Shown: positions 47,877 to 58,856 of the stretch, piece after piece | How the letters are laid out: each line of letters opens with the position of its first letter | Numbering within the stretch: position 1 is the first letter of the stretch | Source of the DNA: TPA_inf: Saccharomyces | Taxonomy: Eukaryota | Direction of reading: 5' to 3' | NCBI GenBank assembly: GCA_000146045.2 | Contig: BK006943.2 | Location: forward strand, 160,001-224,000 | Length of the DNA stretch: 64,000 nucleotides | Notes under the pieces: generated by a model | What the model saw: only the letters and a program-made list of their open reading frames with translations | The model's database searches: none | What the model was told of the DNA's origin: nothing | Program-made: the position numbers and the translations under genes

Positions 47877-49529
47877 ATGAACTTTGGAAGCCAAACACCT
47901 ACAATTGTGGTTCTAAAAGAGGGAACAGACGCATCTCAAGGTAAAGGTCAAATCATCTCTAATATCAATGCCTGTGTTGCAGTCCAAGAGGCATTGAAAC
48001 CAACTTTAGGTCCCTTAGGTTCTGATATTTTAATTGTGACATCGAATCAAAAGACTACTATTTCTAACGATGGTGCCACGATCCTAAAATTATTAGATGT
48101 AGTACATCCTGCTGCCAAAACTTTAGTGGATATTTCTAGAGCTCAGGATGCCGAGGTGGGTGATGGTACAACTAGTGTAACCATTTTAGCTGGTGAGTTA
48201 ATGAAAGAAGCCAAGCCCTTTTTGGAAGAAGGCATTTCATCTCATTTGATTATGAAGGGCTACAGAAAGGCCGTTTCTTTAGCTGTGGAGAAGATTAACG
48301 AATTAGCTGTGGATATTACTTCAGAGAAAAGCAGTGGCAGAGAATTACTTGAACGCTGTGCTAGAACTGCAATGTCGTCGAAATTGATTCATAATAATGC
48401 AGATTTTTTTGTTAAAATGTGTGTTGACGCCGTGCTATCCCTTGATAGAAACGATTTGGATGACAAATTAATAGGTATTAAAAAAATTCCAGGTGGTGCT
48501 ATGGAAGAATCTCTTTTCATCAACGGTGTCGCCTTTAAGAAGACATTTTCGTATGCTGGATTTGAACAGCAACCCAAAAAGTTCAACAATCCTAAAATTT
48601 TAAGTTTGAATGTAGAACTGGAGTTGAAAGCAGAGAAAGACAATGCTGAAGTACGTGTAGAACATGTTGAAGATTACCAAGCTATTGTAGATGCGGAGTG
48701 GCAATTAATCTTTGAAAAGCTAAGACAAGTGGAAGAAACAGGTGCCAATATTGTACTATCAAAGTTACCTATCGGCGATTTGGCTACTCAATTTTTTGCT
48801 GATAGAAATATTTTCTGCGCTGGTAGAGTGAGCGCAGATGATATGAATCGTGTCATCCAAGCTGTTGGAGGCTCTATACAATCTACTACTTCAGATATAA
48901 AACCAGAGCATTTGGGTACTTGTGCTTTGTTTGAGGAAATGCAAATCGGGTCAGAACGCTACAATTTATTCCAAGGTTGCCCACAAGCTAAAACATGTAC
49001 ATTATTATTAAGAGGAGGTGCTGAGCAAGTTATTGCCGAGGTTGAGAGATCATTGCACGATGCAATCATGATAGTTAAGAGAGCGTTACAAAATAAACTG
49101 ATCGTTGCTGGTGGTGGTGCTACAGAAATGGAAGTATCAAAATGCTTGAGAGATTATTCAAAAACCATAGCTGGTAAGCAACAAATGATAATCAATGCCT
49201 TCGCTAAGGCTTTAGAAGTTATTCCAAGGCAACTCTGTGAAAATGCTGGGTTTGATGCTATAGAAATATTAAACAAACTAAGATTGGCTCACAGCAAAGG
49301 TGAGAAATGGTATGGTGTTGTCTTTGAAACAGAAAATATTGGCGATAATTTTGCCAAATTCGTATGGGAACCTGCTTTAGTAAAAATCAATGCTTTGAAC
49401 AGTGCCACAGAGGCTACTAACTTGATTTTATCTGTTGACGAGACGATCACTAATAAAGGTAGTGAAAGTGCCAATGCTGGCATGATGCCTCCCCAAGGGG
49501 CTGGAAGAGGGAGAGGTATGCCAATGTAA
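47877..49529 (+). CDS. CCT7: Chaperonin-containing TCP-1 complex subunit eta (550 aa)
   Basis: TCP-1 signatures [34 protein letters not shown] and C-terminal [10 protein letters not shown]. 550 aa matches YJL111W. Confidence 0.9.
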   Translation: MNFGSQTPTIVVLKEGTDASQGKGQIISNINACVAVQEALKPTLGPLGSDILIVTSNQKTTISNDGATILKLLDVVHPAAKTLVDISRAQDAEVGDGTTSVTILAGELMKEAKPFLEEGISSHLIMKGYRKAVSLAVEKINELAVDITSEKSSGRELLERCARTAMSSKLIHNNADFFVKMCVDAVLSLDRNDLDDKLIGIKKIPGGAMEESLFINGVAFKKTFSYAGFEQQPKKFNNPKILSLNVELELKAEKDNAEVRVEHVEDYQAIVDAEWQLIFEKLRQVEETGANIVLSKLPIGDLATQFFADRNIFCAGRVSADDMNRVIQAVGGSIQSTTSDIKPEHLGTCALFEEMQIGSERYNLFQGCPQAKTCTLLLRGGAEQVIAEVERSLHDAIMIVKRALQNKLIVAGGGATEMEVSKCLRDYSKTIAGKQQMIINAFAKALEVIPRQLCENAGFDAIEILNKLRLAHSKGEKWYGVVFETENIGDNFAKFVWEPALVKINALNSATEATNLILSVDETITNKGSESANAGMMPPQGAGRGRGMPM

Positions 49530-49921
49530 TTAACACTCTAAAAAACATGTGCTGCATACATTTTATTATTACTCTTTTTGCAGTAGTTATTTGCATCAAA
49601 GGTAATTTCTTTCAATCATAAATAAGTTAATACTGTATTGATAAAACCTTATTCTTTTCTTTTGTATACTCTGTATCTTAAAGTAATTCTAGGTCTAAAG
49701 AAAAATGAAAGAAGTAATGAAAACTCCGAGAAACAAATCATATCATTGGTCGTCATCCGGGTTGGATGTCATGCAGCTGCATTCCATTTCTTCGGCAAAA
49801 TGTACGTAATATTCGATTAGAACCCTGTTTTGCAACTGATTATGCTACTATGTATTTATATATGCATACATATGATGATATTATATTTGAAAAATGATGC
49901 TGATTTTTTTGAAAAAAAGAT

Positions 49922-51577
49922 CTATCCTCCTTTATTCCCTTCTTGTTTTACTGTCCTTTGCAAACGTTCCTCAAGAGCTCGACATTTCCCGTCTAATTCA
50001 TTGATATGTCTCCTATATAAATCTGTAACAAGTTCTAACTCATTTATTCTAGTTTTGAGCTTTATAATTTCTTCTTCTTTGTGCAATTTAGTGGATAACT
50101 GATCACCTAAATCTTTAGCTGGGTGATTTTCAAATTTTCGTCCAGAAACATCAGAACTAGAAACACTATTTGAGATGGATTGTGAATTTGCTTTGGATAT
50201 ACAGGGAGCTTTAGAAGATTGTAGAAACGGTATGAAATGAGGCGGTGTCGTCTCGGTTTTCACGTTGCTAATCGCACGATCTCTCGTCTCAAGCATGTCG
50301 TTAATAGAAGCCATGTGGAAAGATAAAGGGGCTGGGTCGTTACGCTTAGCAGATATTATATCTGGGGAAGACATCGTCGATCTAATTTGATTCGGTACCT
50401 CGGATGGATTAGAGTCAGTCGTCCGTGAAGAAGTGGGTGCCAGAGTTGCGGCGGTAGAGGCAATACCATTATTGCAATTGGACACTATTTCACTTCCGTT
50501 ATTTGATATTGAAGTACTGCTCAAGCTTCCAAGCAGCATTGATAAGTGAGGTAATTGAGGAGAATCTGCGCCTGTTTTTGATGTTACTGAATGTGAAGCA
50601 TTGAGGGGGAAAGAGGCTGCGTTGAATTGCGACCGTTCTTTGATAAAAGCAGATTGGTGTGCAGAATTTGAATACTCTTTAACGTCCGTATAACTTGGGA
50701 ACGTAAGTAACTTCTCTTGGTATATAGCAGTATCTTGTTTGGGCAGTTTAGGCTTTAAGTTTGGTCTCGAACAATCTCCCGACATCAGTACCTCTAATTT
50801 TGTTGCTGATAGGTGAGAATCGCTTCTTTCCTTAGACTCCGTTTTTGGCTTCTTGGATATCTTCGCAGTAGATGATGTTCCCATTAAAAGTTGCGAACTT
50901 TTTTTCTTTTTATCTTCAGATGTTACTCTGTTAGCTTTGCGACCGCTTGATTCTATATTACAATCACCCTTAAGCTCTGCAATCAGCGTCTGATTCCGAA
51001 AGTTGTCCAGATTATGTGCATGATTTGTATTACTTTTCCTATTTCGAGACTTTATTACATCAGTTTTCAAACTAATTGGCCTGGGTTTCCCATGAAGCTT
51101 TAAAAAGAGACCACACGCATTACAAAGCATAGCTCCATGCTCATCTCTTCTCCATAATGGTGTTGTAGAGGTTAAACAGTTCTTACAAACAGGAACATTA
51201 GCATCATTGGATACGTTATTATTGCAATTGGCATCCATTGTTTGTCCATTATTCTTAACTTGATTTTTAGGTAATATATGGTGTAATGAATTCGTATCCG
51301 GACTCATTCTTCCAGCAGTAGATGTGGAAAAAGACTTGTCATTCGCCTTAAAATTCATATTGTTGCTTATTGACGCTCCTGCTTGCGATTCACGCAATTG
51401 AACTGCCGATTTTTGCTCGGCAGATACTGCTTCATAACCTAAAGGTGGCCATCTCCCAATATGCCCTTCTTCTTCGCTTTGATTTAAGCTGTTGAGGTTT
51501 TCACTTGATTTTGGTTCAAATACATTATCTCGTTTTCTAATGTTATAGCCTCGAAGAGTTGTAGCCTGCGATGCCAT
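49922..51577 (-). CDS. GZF3: GATA-type zinc-finger transcriptional repressor of nitrogen catabolite genes (551 aa)
   Basis: Single GATA finger [38 protein letters not shown]-terminal coiled coil / leucine zipper ([34 protein letters not shown]). The ATG at rc 51575-51577 ([15 protein letters not shown]) gives 551 aa. The track ORF starts at an upstream non-ATG codon. Confidence 0.85.
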   Translation of the reverse strand: MASQATTLRGYNIRKRDNVFEPKSSENLNSLNQSEEEGHIGRWPPLGYEAVSAEQKSAVQLRESQAGASISNNMNFKANDKSFSTSTAGRMSPDTNSLHHILPKNQVKNNGQTMDANCNNNVSNDANVPVCKNCLTSTTPLWRRDEHGAMLCNACGLFLKLHGKPRPISLKTDVIKSRNRKSNTNHAHNLDNFRNQTLIAELKGDCNIESSGRKANRVTSEDKKKKSSQLLMGTSSTAKISKKPKTESKERSDSHLSATKLEVLMSGDCSRPNLKPKLPKQDTAIYQEKLLTFPSYTDVKEYSNSAHQSAFIKERSQFNAASFPLNASHSVTSKTGADSPQLPHLSMLLGSLSSTSISNNGSEIVSNCNNGIASTAATLAPTSSRTTDSNPSEVPNQIRSTMSSPDIISAKRNDPAPLSFHMASINDMLETRDRAISNVKTETTPPHFIPFLQSSKAPCISKANSQSISNSVSSSDVSGRKFENHPAKDLGDQLSTKLHKEEEIIKLKTRINELELVTDLYRRHINELDGKCRALEERLQRTVKQEGNKGG

Positions 51578-51725
51578 AATATTACCAGTAGAATTGTAGA
51601 GCACAGTACAAATACCCGAAATGATATTCGTATATCTAGTATTATAGCTTCAACCGCTTGCAATATGTTCTCTTTCAAACTACCTTATTATCAAGCCTAT
51701 ATCTTATTTTTCACTGATTAGGATT

Positions 51726-51751
51726 GATAAGCGCAGATAAGCGAAGATAAG
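51726..51751 (+). promoter_or_regulatory. Three tandem GATAAG motifs with exact 10-bp periodicity in the GZF3 promoter
   Basis: gGATAAGcgcaGATAAGcgaaGATAAGaaaa at 51726-31, 51736-41 and 51746-51, about 150-175 bp upstream of the GZF3 ATG. A further TTATCA (GATAA on the other strand) lies at about 51688. Confidence 0.7.
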
Positions 51752-51999
51752 AAAATTTTCACTCTGTTCGCCCGCTATTTAGGATCAGTAATTTTAGTAA
51801 CGTTAATCACTAGGAACGACGAGAAAGATGACAGAATAATATCTCATTGAAACTTGAAGTAGCGTAATTGAAATATTAAGTTCAAACTCAGAAAGGGGCA
51901 GCTATCACGAATGAATAACAATATTTTCAATGAAAGATTTCGTTCAACAGCATAGTGTTTTACTTTACAAAAATTTACATAATACTTCACCTTTTTTTT

Positions 52000-54900
52000 C
52001 TAATCTAAATACCTATCAAAAGGTTCCCCTAAAACGTTTTCAACAACCTTGACCAAACCGGTCCTGACTTCACGTTCGATCTCTTCATCATCATCTTCCA
52101 ATAACTCAGCGATGACGGGAACGAGCTGTGGCAATAGAACTAACCAACTTTCACCTATCTTTGAGTATATCAACTTCATGGCTCTAATAGCCCATAATTT
52201 TTCATTGGAGGAACAGGAAGCTTTCATGTGTTCAACGATTAGTTTATTCAAAATTTGGTTATGCTCATCAACGCCACTATTGTTAGAAGCCAGAGCGCCA
52301 ATTGCCTTGACCAGGTACTTCCCAATAGAGTTTTCTATATTAGATAGTTGATTGACCAAGGATACAGAAATTAACTCGAATCTGGAAGTTGATTTCCAGT
52401 ATTCGTCTCTATCAAACTTTAGCGAAGAGGTTAGAGAGTTGATTACCAAACGTCTTAAATTAACGTTTTCCATGTCCTTGCTAATGAATCTTTTTAACAA
52501 CATATCAACAGGTTCTAACAAATACGTGAAATAGGAAGTAATTATACCTCTCAAATTTTCTTGAAGCTTGTTGAAAAATTTGAAAAATGCCAACAGTCTT
52601 TCTGTTTCAGTGATACCTGCATTTGTAACGCCTTCACCGTCAAACGCCCATCTTACTAATATAACAAATAGCGGTCTAAATACTTTGTCATTCATCTTCA
52701 GGACGTAAGAGTTGGAAATTTCGTGAACGGATGCCTCTATCCTACTAATTGTATTATTATCGAAACTGGAAATGGATCTAAATTCGAATAAAGATAATAG
52801 TAACTTAAAAAATATTGGCGATTGTGAGGTTGCGGATTTTTTATCAATATTTTCAACAGTGGATTCTAATGTACTCAAAAATAGACTAACAGCAACTGTA
52901 TCATTGGACGTTGCTATTTCAGTGGACCAAATTCTGAATAAAACTTTCAAAACTTCCTTCAAATCTATATTCTCAATTATCAATGAAATTACTGACAGCC
53001 TAATGCTGCTGTCAACTTCACGGGAAAAATAAATAACATGCAAAACATCCAAAATATTTGACATCAAGAAACTTGGTATCCTTTTGATTAGACCGGCGAA
53101 CAGCAACAGTATAGCAACTTGCAACTGCTCTTTTAATGGGTTACTACTATCTGCCAATGAAGCATCAAATAATTTAATAGAAGGTGGGACTATTTTTGGA
53201 TAGAACGCAATTGACTTGACTCCTAAAACTTGAACACAGTTAGTTATCAATGCCAACGAAGATATCTTGACCTCTGTCATATCAGAACTAACTTTTTCAG
53301 TAGCAAGGGTGAGGGCTTGAGTTAATATGGACCCCTCAAGCTTCTTACCATATTTGCTCACTAAAGCCGTCATCGTGTTCAATATTACTTGAGAAATAAC
53401 AACAGATTTAGATTCCAAAGGCATTCTGTCGAGCAAAACCTTCATCACATTGTTAACTATAGGAATAGCTTCAGAGCCTTCTAACTCGAATTTGGACCCT
53501 ATTACCAACGTTAGGTGGTATCTAATATCTTCATTAGTGGATGTACTGAGTAAGGGTAATACCGCATTAACAAACTCGTCAACTGGTAGAATTTGTAACA
53601 CATTGCCAAGCACCTTGAATAGAATCTCCTTTATTTCAGTCGTGTGATCTGATAATGATGTTTCAGAGTCGGAAGCTTCCTCATTTTCTTGGGAAGTTAT
53701 ACATGAAAAGGTTAATTCTACAGAATTAATGAAAAAAAGAACACCTTCTAAAAGGGTTCCAAATTCTTCCCTGATGTTTCTAATTAACTTTTTATCGCTT
53801 GTTTCATCTAACAAAACAGAATATACCTTTAGTCTTAAATTTCTCCTCACATCGTAATAATCTTGATCTGTTTCCTCGGTTATTTTATTGATAAACTCAA
53901 AGGTATTGTTCATAAATGTCAAAAATTCACTTTCCGAAAAATTCAAGACACCATTTGAAAACAAGACACGGGATTCTAGTGATTTCTTCTTTTCCGAGGA
54001 GCTCTTTGATGATGTCAACAATTTGATGATATCGAGTAAGTCATTCAAACCTGATAATTCCTCATTGACATGTAGATCAACGAGTAGGGCCTTAATAAAC
54101 TCAATTAATATTCTTGCCTCGCCAATTTTAAAGTTGACTAAAGCTGAAGAATACTGTTGTGCAATCAAGAAAAGGAACGAGCCCAGTGCCTTTACTGGAT
54201 CAAGTGTTTTGATTAACGTAGAAAATAATTTAACCCTCCTATGTCTTGGAACATGTTGCAAAGCGGTTGTGAAGCTCAACAAAAGGAACTCCATTTCCTC
54301 TTTTTCATTTCCTTTGCTATTCTTGATCAAGGCAGGGACAACAGTTAGTATCGTACGCTCAACAACTTTAGTTGTGAATTCATCATCTTGACGAATACTA
54401 TGGGCTCCCATAAAAGTAAAGATAGGCATTACAGAATGCAAAATAACTTCCGAACTTAAAGTAGCAAGAGATCCAATTACAAGTAATAGTTTGTTTTGGA
54501 CTTGCGGAGATGCAGAATTTCTAATAGCGGATACCAATATATCTGCCCTTACGTTGGTTAGTTCTGTACAGCCATGTTCCTTCAAGTATGTGATAGTGTT
54601 CAGCGTACAAGAAATCAAAGTTTCTTGCGCATATAAAACCGGTAATCCACCGTCTTGATCCAAAGTTTCCAGATCTGATAATAAGGAAAGTAAAGTGAAC
54701 AAAAGCTTTTCGGATCCAACATTTCTGACTTTATCAAGTGCTTCCAAAATAATCGTCAACTTTCTCAGGTGCAATTCCGCCAGTTGCGAAACCTCCTCTT
54801 TCAAAAATGCGTTTTTACTTGTTGATGAACGTCTTCTTCTTCTTTTAGAAAAGTCTGTCTGATCCATTTCGTTACTGATACTGTTTTGATTTAGTATGGA

Positions 54901-57309
54901 TACAAAAATATCGGAATCTAACGGCAATGATTGTAGTACACCGACTGTATCGTACGATGATTCTACGTTACTCGAAGAATCCACGATATTTTGGACGATT
55001 TTTAGTTTTTGAGCATTATTTAATGAAGCGAATATGCTGATAAGCCTCTCGGCAGCTATGTTAGCTAACTGCTCATAATCTGAGTTAAGAGCACTGAGAA
55101 CAAAATCGATCATGAATGACTGCTTTTCTTTTGGTGATACCAAATTAACTAAAGAGCGCTCAAAATGCTCAAAGTTTGTTTTATTAGCAATACAACTCTT
55201 TTCCCAACTAGATCTGTTTTCTAAGTAGTGGGAAATAAATTCCTCAAATAGGGAGGAATAAGAAGATGCATAAGTCGGACTCTTGTTCAGGTTATCCAAC
55301 AACACTGTCTTGGCATACGGAGAAGGTATTAGTAGGGCTTGATTAGCCCAAAACATCAAAAAGACTTTTTCATTTCTCTTTGGCGTTAAAATTCTGGATA
55401 TGTCATAATTCTCAGTAACGTACTCATTCAAAAATCCTGATAACCATGCCTCACTATCTTTGGGATTTAACATAGGAATGGTAACGTTCTCTCCGTAAAG
55501 TTTATCAGACAAAAAGTAGTGCTTAGTGGATGGTCTTTTAGCAATCAAGGAAAGAATCTTCTTCACGCCAGTCCTAACTTTTATAGAAGCATCTCGCAAA
55601 GCGCAAATCAAGCATGGAACTAAAGTAAAAATATTAACTTCCTTTTCAATACTATTAATATATTTTGCAATATTGTTTAAAGATATTAGCTTTAGCGCGG
55701 TTGGAGCGGCTGGAGATATAGTTACTCTTAACAAAAACGTTATTCTTGATTCTAAAGTAGTGAAAAATGAAGTCAAGAAGGAACTTGCTTTATAGCCTTT
55801 ACCAATAGCTTCAGTGAATAAAGATAAAACCTTTTTGTATCTTTCTCCAGTTTCTGTTAGCATGGACACATTCGTTGTGTTTATCAATTCTGAATGCTTA
55901 TCCAAGAATGTTTGAAATGAAGCGGTATCCTTTTTAGTAGTTTCCACGGGGTCGCTTAACTGCTTTACAATGTCGGTGTTAACATCGGCATTAGTGAACA
56001 AAGATGTAGTAAGCCTGATTTCGAAGAGTTCGCCTGTCAGTCCCAATGATTTCAAACATTTTAACACCAAATCTTCATTTATGGAGATAAAATATTCGAA
56101 TAGTTCTACTAATTGTGACTTGTCCTCTAAAATTTCGGAAAGGTAAATCAAATCAGTGATTATCAACCTAACTTCGTATCTTTCTAGTCTTATTTTTTTT
56201 AGTAGGCTAAGAATAATGTTCAATTTGGACCGATCATACCTTGCTATGGATCTTGTATAGGAAGTAATGAATTTATCACAAACTGGTTTGTCTTCCTTAT
56301 CTAAGAAGGTTAGTATAGACACAGTGTCGAACTTGCTATCAAATAACTTGAAAATTTTGGAAGGTAGCTGATCTACGTTACCTTGTCCTTTTAATGTTTG
56401 GAACAGCTTACAAATCGTGAGGAGTGCTGAATGTTTTGCCTCTTTAGCATCTAAGTTTGAAAGAATGGTTTCCATGGCAGCTAAGATAATTGTTTTCTTT
56501 AAAGGCAAAGCTGTAGCAAATACAACTAATATGGTATGTGCAGCTATTTGACAATCCTTTGATTTAGAGGCTAAAAGTTTAGCAGATATTTCAAGTAAGA
56601 TTGGAACAAGCTGATTCAGTTTTTCATCGTTGTTTGAATTGAAAGCAACAACGTTAATAAAGCAGCATGTTGTAAATAAAAGCTGGTTAGTATACGTTGC
56701 ATTATGCTTAATACATTGATCCAAATAACTGGTATAAAGTTTCAGAAAATCCATGTCATTAAAGAGCTTTATCATGGTTAGCGCCGTTGGGGGCTTTTCA
56801 CTTCTAACAAAATTCGACAAACAATTAAACAAAGGGGGCAACTTAATAATGCTGAGAATTCTCTTAAAGACAGGTGTTTGGTAGTAGTTGAGAGTGGACA
56901 AAAGCAGCATCTCTGTGTTTTTAACATGTATTTGAAAACGACGAACCAACCATTCTGTTGCATGTAGTGTAGGTGCTAAATACCATTTAGAAGAAGCCAA
57001 TAGCAAGTAAGCATTGATAGCATTATCCAAATCTTTAATTTCTTCTTTTGTTTGGACATTTCTATCAAGAGAAATGGAAGACTCTGAAAAGAGTGTTCTT
57101 GAGAAAATGGCAAATTTTGGCTCAATTTGGCTCAATTCTTCAAGAGCCTTACTAGCGTTTTCAAAAATGAAATCGTAATCTTGTGTTGCAGCCGTCTTTG
57201 AGTTATAAATCAAAGAAGCAGAATGAAGTTTTTGTCTTCTCTTTCTATCCAACGCAACAGTAGCATTGTTGGAAGCAACTTGAGCTAATTGGTCACTCAA
57301 CGAAGACAT
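52000..57309 (-). CDS. UTP10: SSU processome / t-UTP HEAT-repeat protein (1769 aa)
   Basis: Very long all-alpha ARM/HEAT-like protein. The ATG two codons into the track ORF (MSSLSDQLAQVASNNATVALDRKRRQK) gives 1769 aa, matching YJL109C. PAC and RRPE promoter motifs upstream. Confidence 0.8.
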   Translation of the reverse strand: MSSLSDQLAQVASNNATVALDRKRRQKLHSASLIYNSKTAATQDYDFIFENASKALEELSQIEPKFAIFSRTLFSESSISLDRNVQTKEEIKDLDNAINAYLLLASSKWYLAPTLHATEWLVRRFQIHVKNTEMLLLSTLNYYQTPVFKRILSIIKLPPLFNCLSNFVRSEKPPTALTMIKLFNDMDFLKLYTSYLDQCIKHNATYTNQLLFTTCCFINVVAFNSNNDEKLNQLVPILLEISAKLLASKSKDCQIAAHTILVVFATALPLKKTIILAAMETILSNLDAKEAKHSALLTICKLFQTLKGQGNVDQLPSKIFKLFDSKFDTVSILTFLDKEDKPVCDKFITSYTRSIARYDRSKLNIILSLLKKIRLERYEVRLIITDLIYLSEILEDKSQLVELFEYFISINEDLVLKCLKSLGLTGELFEIRLTTSLFTNADVNTDIVKQLSDPVETTKKDTASFQTFLDKHSELINTTNVSMLTETGERYKKVLSLFTEAIGKGYKASSFLTSFFTTLESRITFLLRVTISPAAPTALKLISLNNIAKYINSIEKEVNIFTLVPCLICALRDASIKVRTGVKKILSLIAKRPSTKHYFLSDKLYGENVTIPMLNPKDSEAWLSGFLNEYVTENYDISRILTPKRNEKVFLMFWANQALLIPSPYAKTVLLDNLNKSPTYASSYSSLFEEFISHYLENRSSWEKSCIANKTNFEHFERSLVNLVSPKEKQSFMIDFVLSALNSDYEQLANIAAERLISIFASLNNAQKLKIVQNIVDSSSNVESSYDTVGVLQSLPLDSDIFVSILNQNSISNEMDQTDFSKRRRRRSSTSKNAFLKEEVSQLAELHLRKLTIILEALDKVRNVGSEKLLFTLLSLLSDLETLDQDGGLPVLYAQETLISCTLNTITYLKEHGCTELTNVRADILVSAIRNSASPQVQNKLLLVIGSLATLSSEVILHSVMPIFTFMGAHSIRQDDEFTTKVVERTILTVVPALIKNSKGNEKEEMEFLLLSFTTALQHVPRHRRVKLFSTLIKTLDPVKALGSFLFLIAQQYSSALVNFKIGEARILIEFIKALLVDLHVNEELSGLNDLLDIIKLLTSSKSSSEKKKSLESRVLFSNGVLNFSESEFLTFMNNTFEFINKITEETDQDYYDVRRNLRLKVYSVLLDETSDKKLIRNIREEFGTLLEGVLFFINSVELTFSCITSQENEEASDSETSLSDHTTEIKEILFKVLGNVLQILPVDEFVNAVLPLLSTSTNEDIRYHLTLVIGSKFELEGSEAIPIVNNVMKVLLDRMPLESKSVVISQVILNTMTALVSKYGKKLEGSILTQALTLATEKVSSDMTEVKISSLALITNCVQVLGVKSIAFYPKIVPPSIKLFDASLADSSNPLKEQLQVAILLLFAGLIKRIPSFLMSNILDVLHVIYFSREVDSSIRLSVISLIIENIDLKEVLKVLFRIWSTEIATSNDTVAVSLFLSTLESTVENIDKKSATSQSPIFFKLLLSLFEFRSISSFDNNTISRIEASVHEISNSYVLKMNDKVFRPLFVILVRWAFDGEGVTNAGITETERLLAFFKFFNKLQENLRGIITSYFTYLLEPVDMLLKRFISKDMENVNLRRLVINSLTSSLKFDRDEYWKSTSRFELISVSLVNQLSNIENSIGKYLVKAIGALASNNSGVDEHNQILNKLIVEHMKASCSSNEKLWAIRAMKLIYSKIGESWLVLLPQLVPVIAELLEDDDEEIEREVRTGLVKVVENVLGEPFDRYLD

Positions 57310-57403
57310 TTTCAAAGTTATTCGTACTTTGGTGGCCAGTTAGATAAGTCTGATTCTGAAAGGTAATAAAGAAAGTATTTGTTACACCTTCGAAAATATC
57401 TAG

Positions 57404-57429
57404 CTCATCGCTAACTGAAAATTTTTTTC
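57404..57429 (-). promoter_or_regulatory. PAC (GCGATGAG on the UTP10 sense strand) plus RRPE (GAAAATTTTT) in the UTP10 promoter
   Basis: agCTCATCGCtaactGAAAATTTTTTTc lies about 95-120 bp upstream of the UTP10 ATG (57309). Same Ribi-regulon motif pair as at ALB1. Confidence 0.6.
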
Positions 57430-57704
57430 TTTGCTTAACGCAGAAAGAAAAAAGAAAAAAAAAAAAGTCATGTGACTTGAATATTATTAATCTATGTATG
57501 TTATGATTATTGGCTATGAAACCATAAAATTGAAAAAAAGGATTCATAAGCTGATATGTTATTTGTACTTAATGCTATATTTATAATTTACTTTTGAAAT
57601 TTTTCTTAGTGGGTCAAAGTCTTCTTTGATACTGAAGAATGACCCAATGGCAACACTTGGTCCATTGGTTAACAAGTTTCTAACGAAGTGGACCTTGTGA
57701 GAGC

Positions 57705-58856
57705 TTATAAACTGAAAAGACCAGTTTTCTTTTTACCAAAGGGGTAGACAAAGAGTGAAGAAGCAAATAGTCCCACAGAAATACCGACACAAACTTGAAT
57801 CATTGTCATACCAAATGACATTGAGGACGATGGATCGGAGGTGCTTGTCGTAATGGTTTCATTAGCATTAACAATTGTATTTGCACTTTGCAACCCAGAC
57901 AACAACGAATTTTGTGAAGCAATACCAGATGGCACTTGAACGAAGATTGCGGGAAGCATAGCTGATACCGCTAAACCTTTCCAAATTCTGGAATATAGAT
58001 TACCTAAAACACCTATGACAAATGCAGCTAAGGCGGCAGTAAACTCTGTCGAATTCGCAAAATGCTTACCGGCCCAATATGTTACGACATAACCGGTGCA
58101 AGAAATGAAGACCATAACTGGCAGTTGTGAGATGTGTGCTTGATTTAATAACGAGATACTAATGGTAAACGCTGGAACGAAGAGGAACCTGAACCACGGA
58201 GAAATTAATTGAGGACATGAAATTTCGTTAGTGGCATTGTGATACATCCATCCAAACAAAGCTGAGCCCAATGTTATGCCAAAACCCAAAAACAAAGAAT
58301 AAATAATGGCGTAGAACATACGGACCGCGCCAGCAACTAGGCTTCGACTTTGCAGTTCTAGTGCACCACACAGAATAATATAACCTGGCAGGATTAATGC
58401 CAATGAGCCTTGTGTAACTGCACCAAAGCAGATGTGAGAACGAGGGATAGAGCCAAAAGCTCTACCGCAGAAGCTAACGACAATAGATGCAGAAATTTCG
58501 AAGACGTTTGAATACATGTATGACTTTTGTGAAAGAATAAATTGTAATGACCCCACACAAAGCCCCATAAAAAATGAGATTGCCAGGTTTACCCAATCGC
58601 CACCAAAGGCATACGGAGTGACCATAGCGGAACAAAATGCATATAAAAGAACACACATCCAAGGTGGATATAGATTCGTGTCAGCCAAAATTTGATCGAG
58701 TAAAGCATTACCTTCATCGGCACCTAAGGTATCATGGACAACTCTTTTGTAAACGGCATGAACTTGATGCAGCTTCCAAAGGTTTAGACCTTGAGTACAC
58801 CTAACCAATTGAACTTCGGAAGTTCTTGTTGTTGCATCACCAAATGAAACAATCAT
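57705..58856 (-). CDS. PRM10: Polytopic membrane protein, pheromone-regulated membrane protein 10 (383 aa)
   Basis: About 10 predicted TM segments. The ATG at rc 58854-58856 (MIVSFGDATTRTSEV) gives 383 aa, matching YJL108C. The track ORF starts 6 codons upstream at TTG. Confidence 0.75.
   Translation of the reverse strand: MIVSFGDATTRTSEVQLVRCTQGLNLWKLHQVHAVYKRVVHDTLGADEGNALLDQILADTNLYPPWMCVLLYAFCSAMVTPYAFGGDWVNLAISFFMGLCVGSLQFILSQKSYMYSNVFEISASIVVSFCGRAFGSIPRSHICFGAVTQGSLALILPGYIILCGALELQSRSLVAGAVRMFYAIIYSLFLGFGITLGSALFGWMYHNATNEISCPQLISPWFRFLFVPAFTISISLLNQAHISQLPVMVFISCTGYVVTYWAGKHFANSTEFTAALAAFVIGVLGNLYSRIWKGLAVSAMLPAIFVQVPSGIASQNSLLSGLQSANTIVNANETITTSTSDPSSSMSFGMTMIQVCVGISVGLFASSLFVYPFGKKKTGLFSL

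Noticed and set aside
53888-54391. 167-aa plus-strand ORF antisense to UTP10, and similar ORFs antisense to TRK1 (15529-15924), PBS2 (19058-19717), YJL132W (3731-4066) and SPT10 (22632-23198)
   Set aside because: All are internal antisense ORFs of long genes. Low-complexity, no domain signatures, and no independent promoter space.
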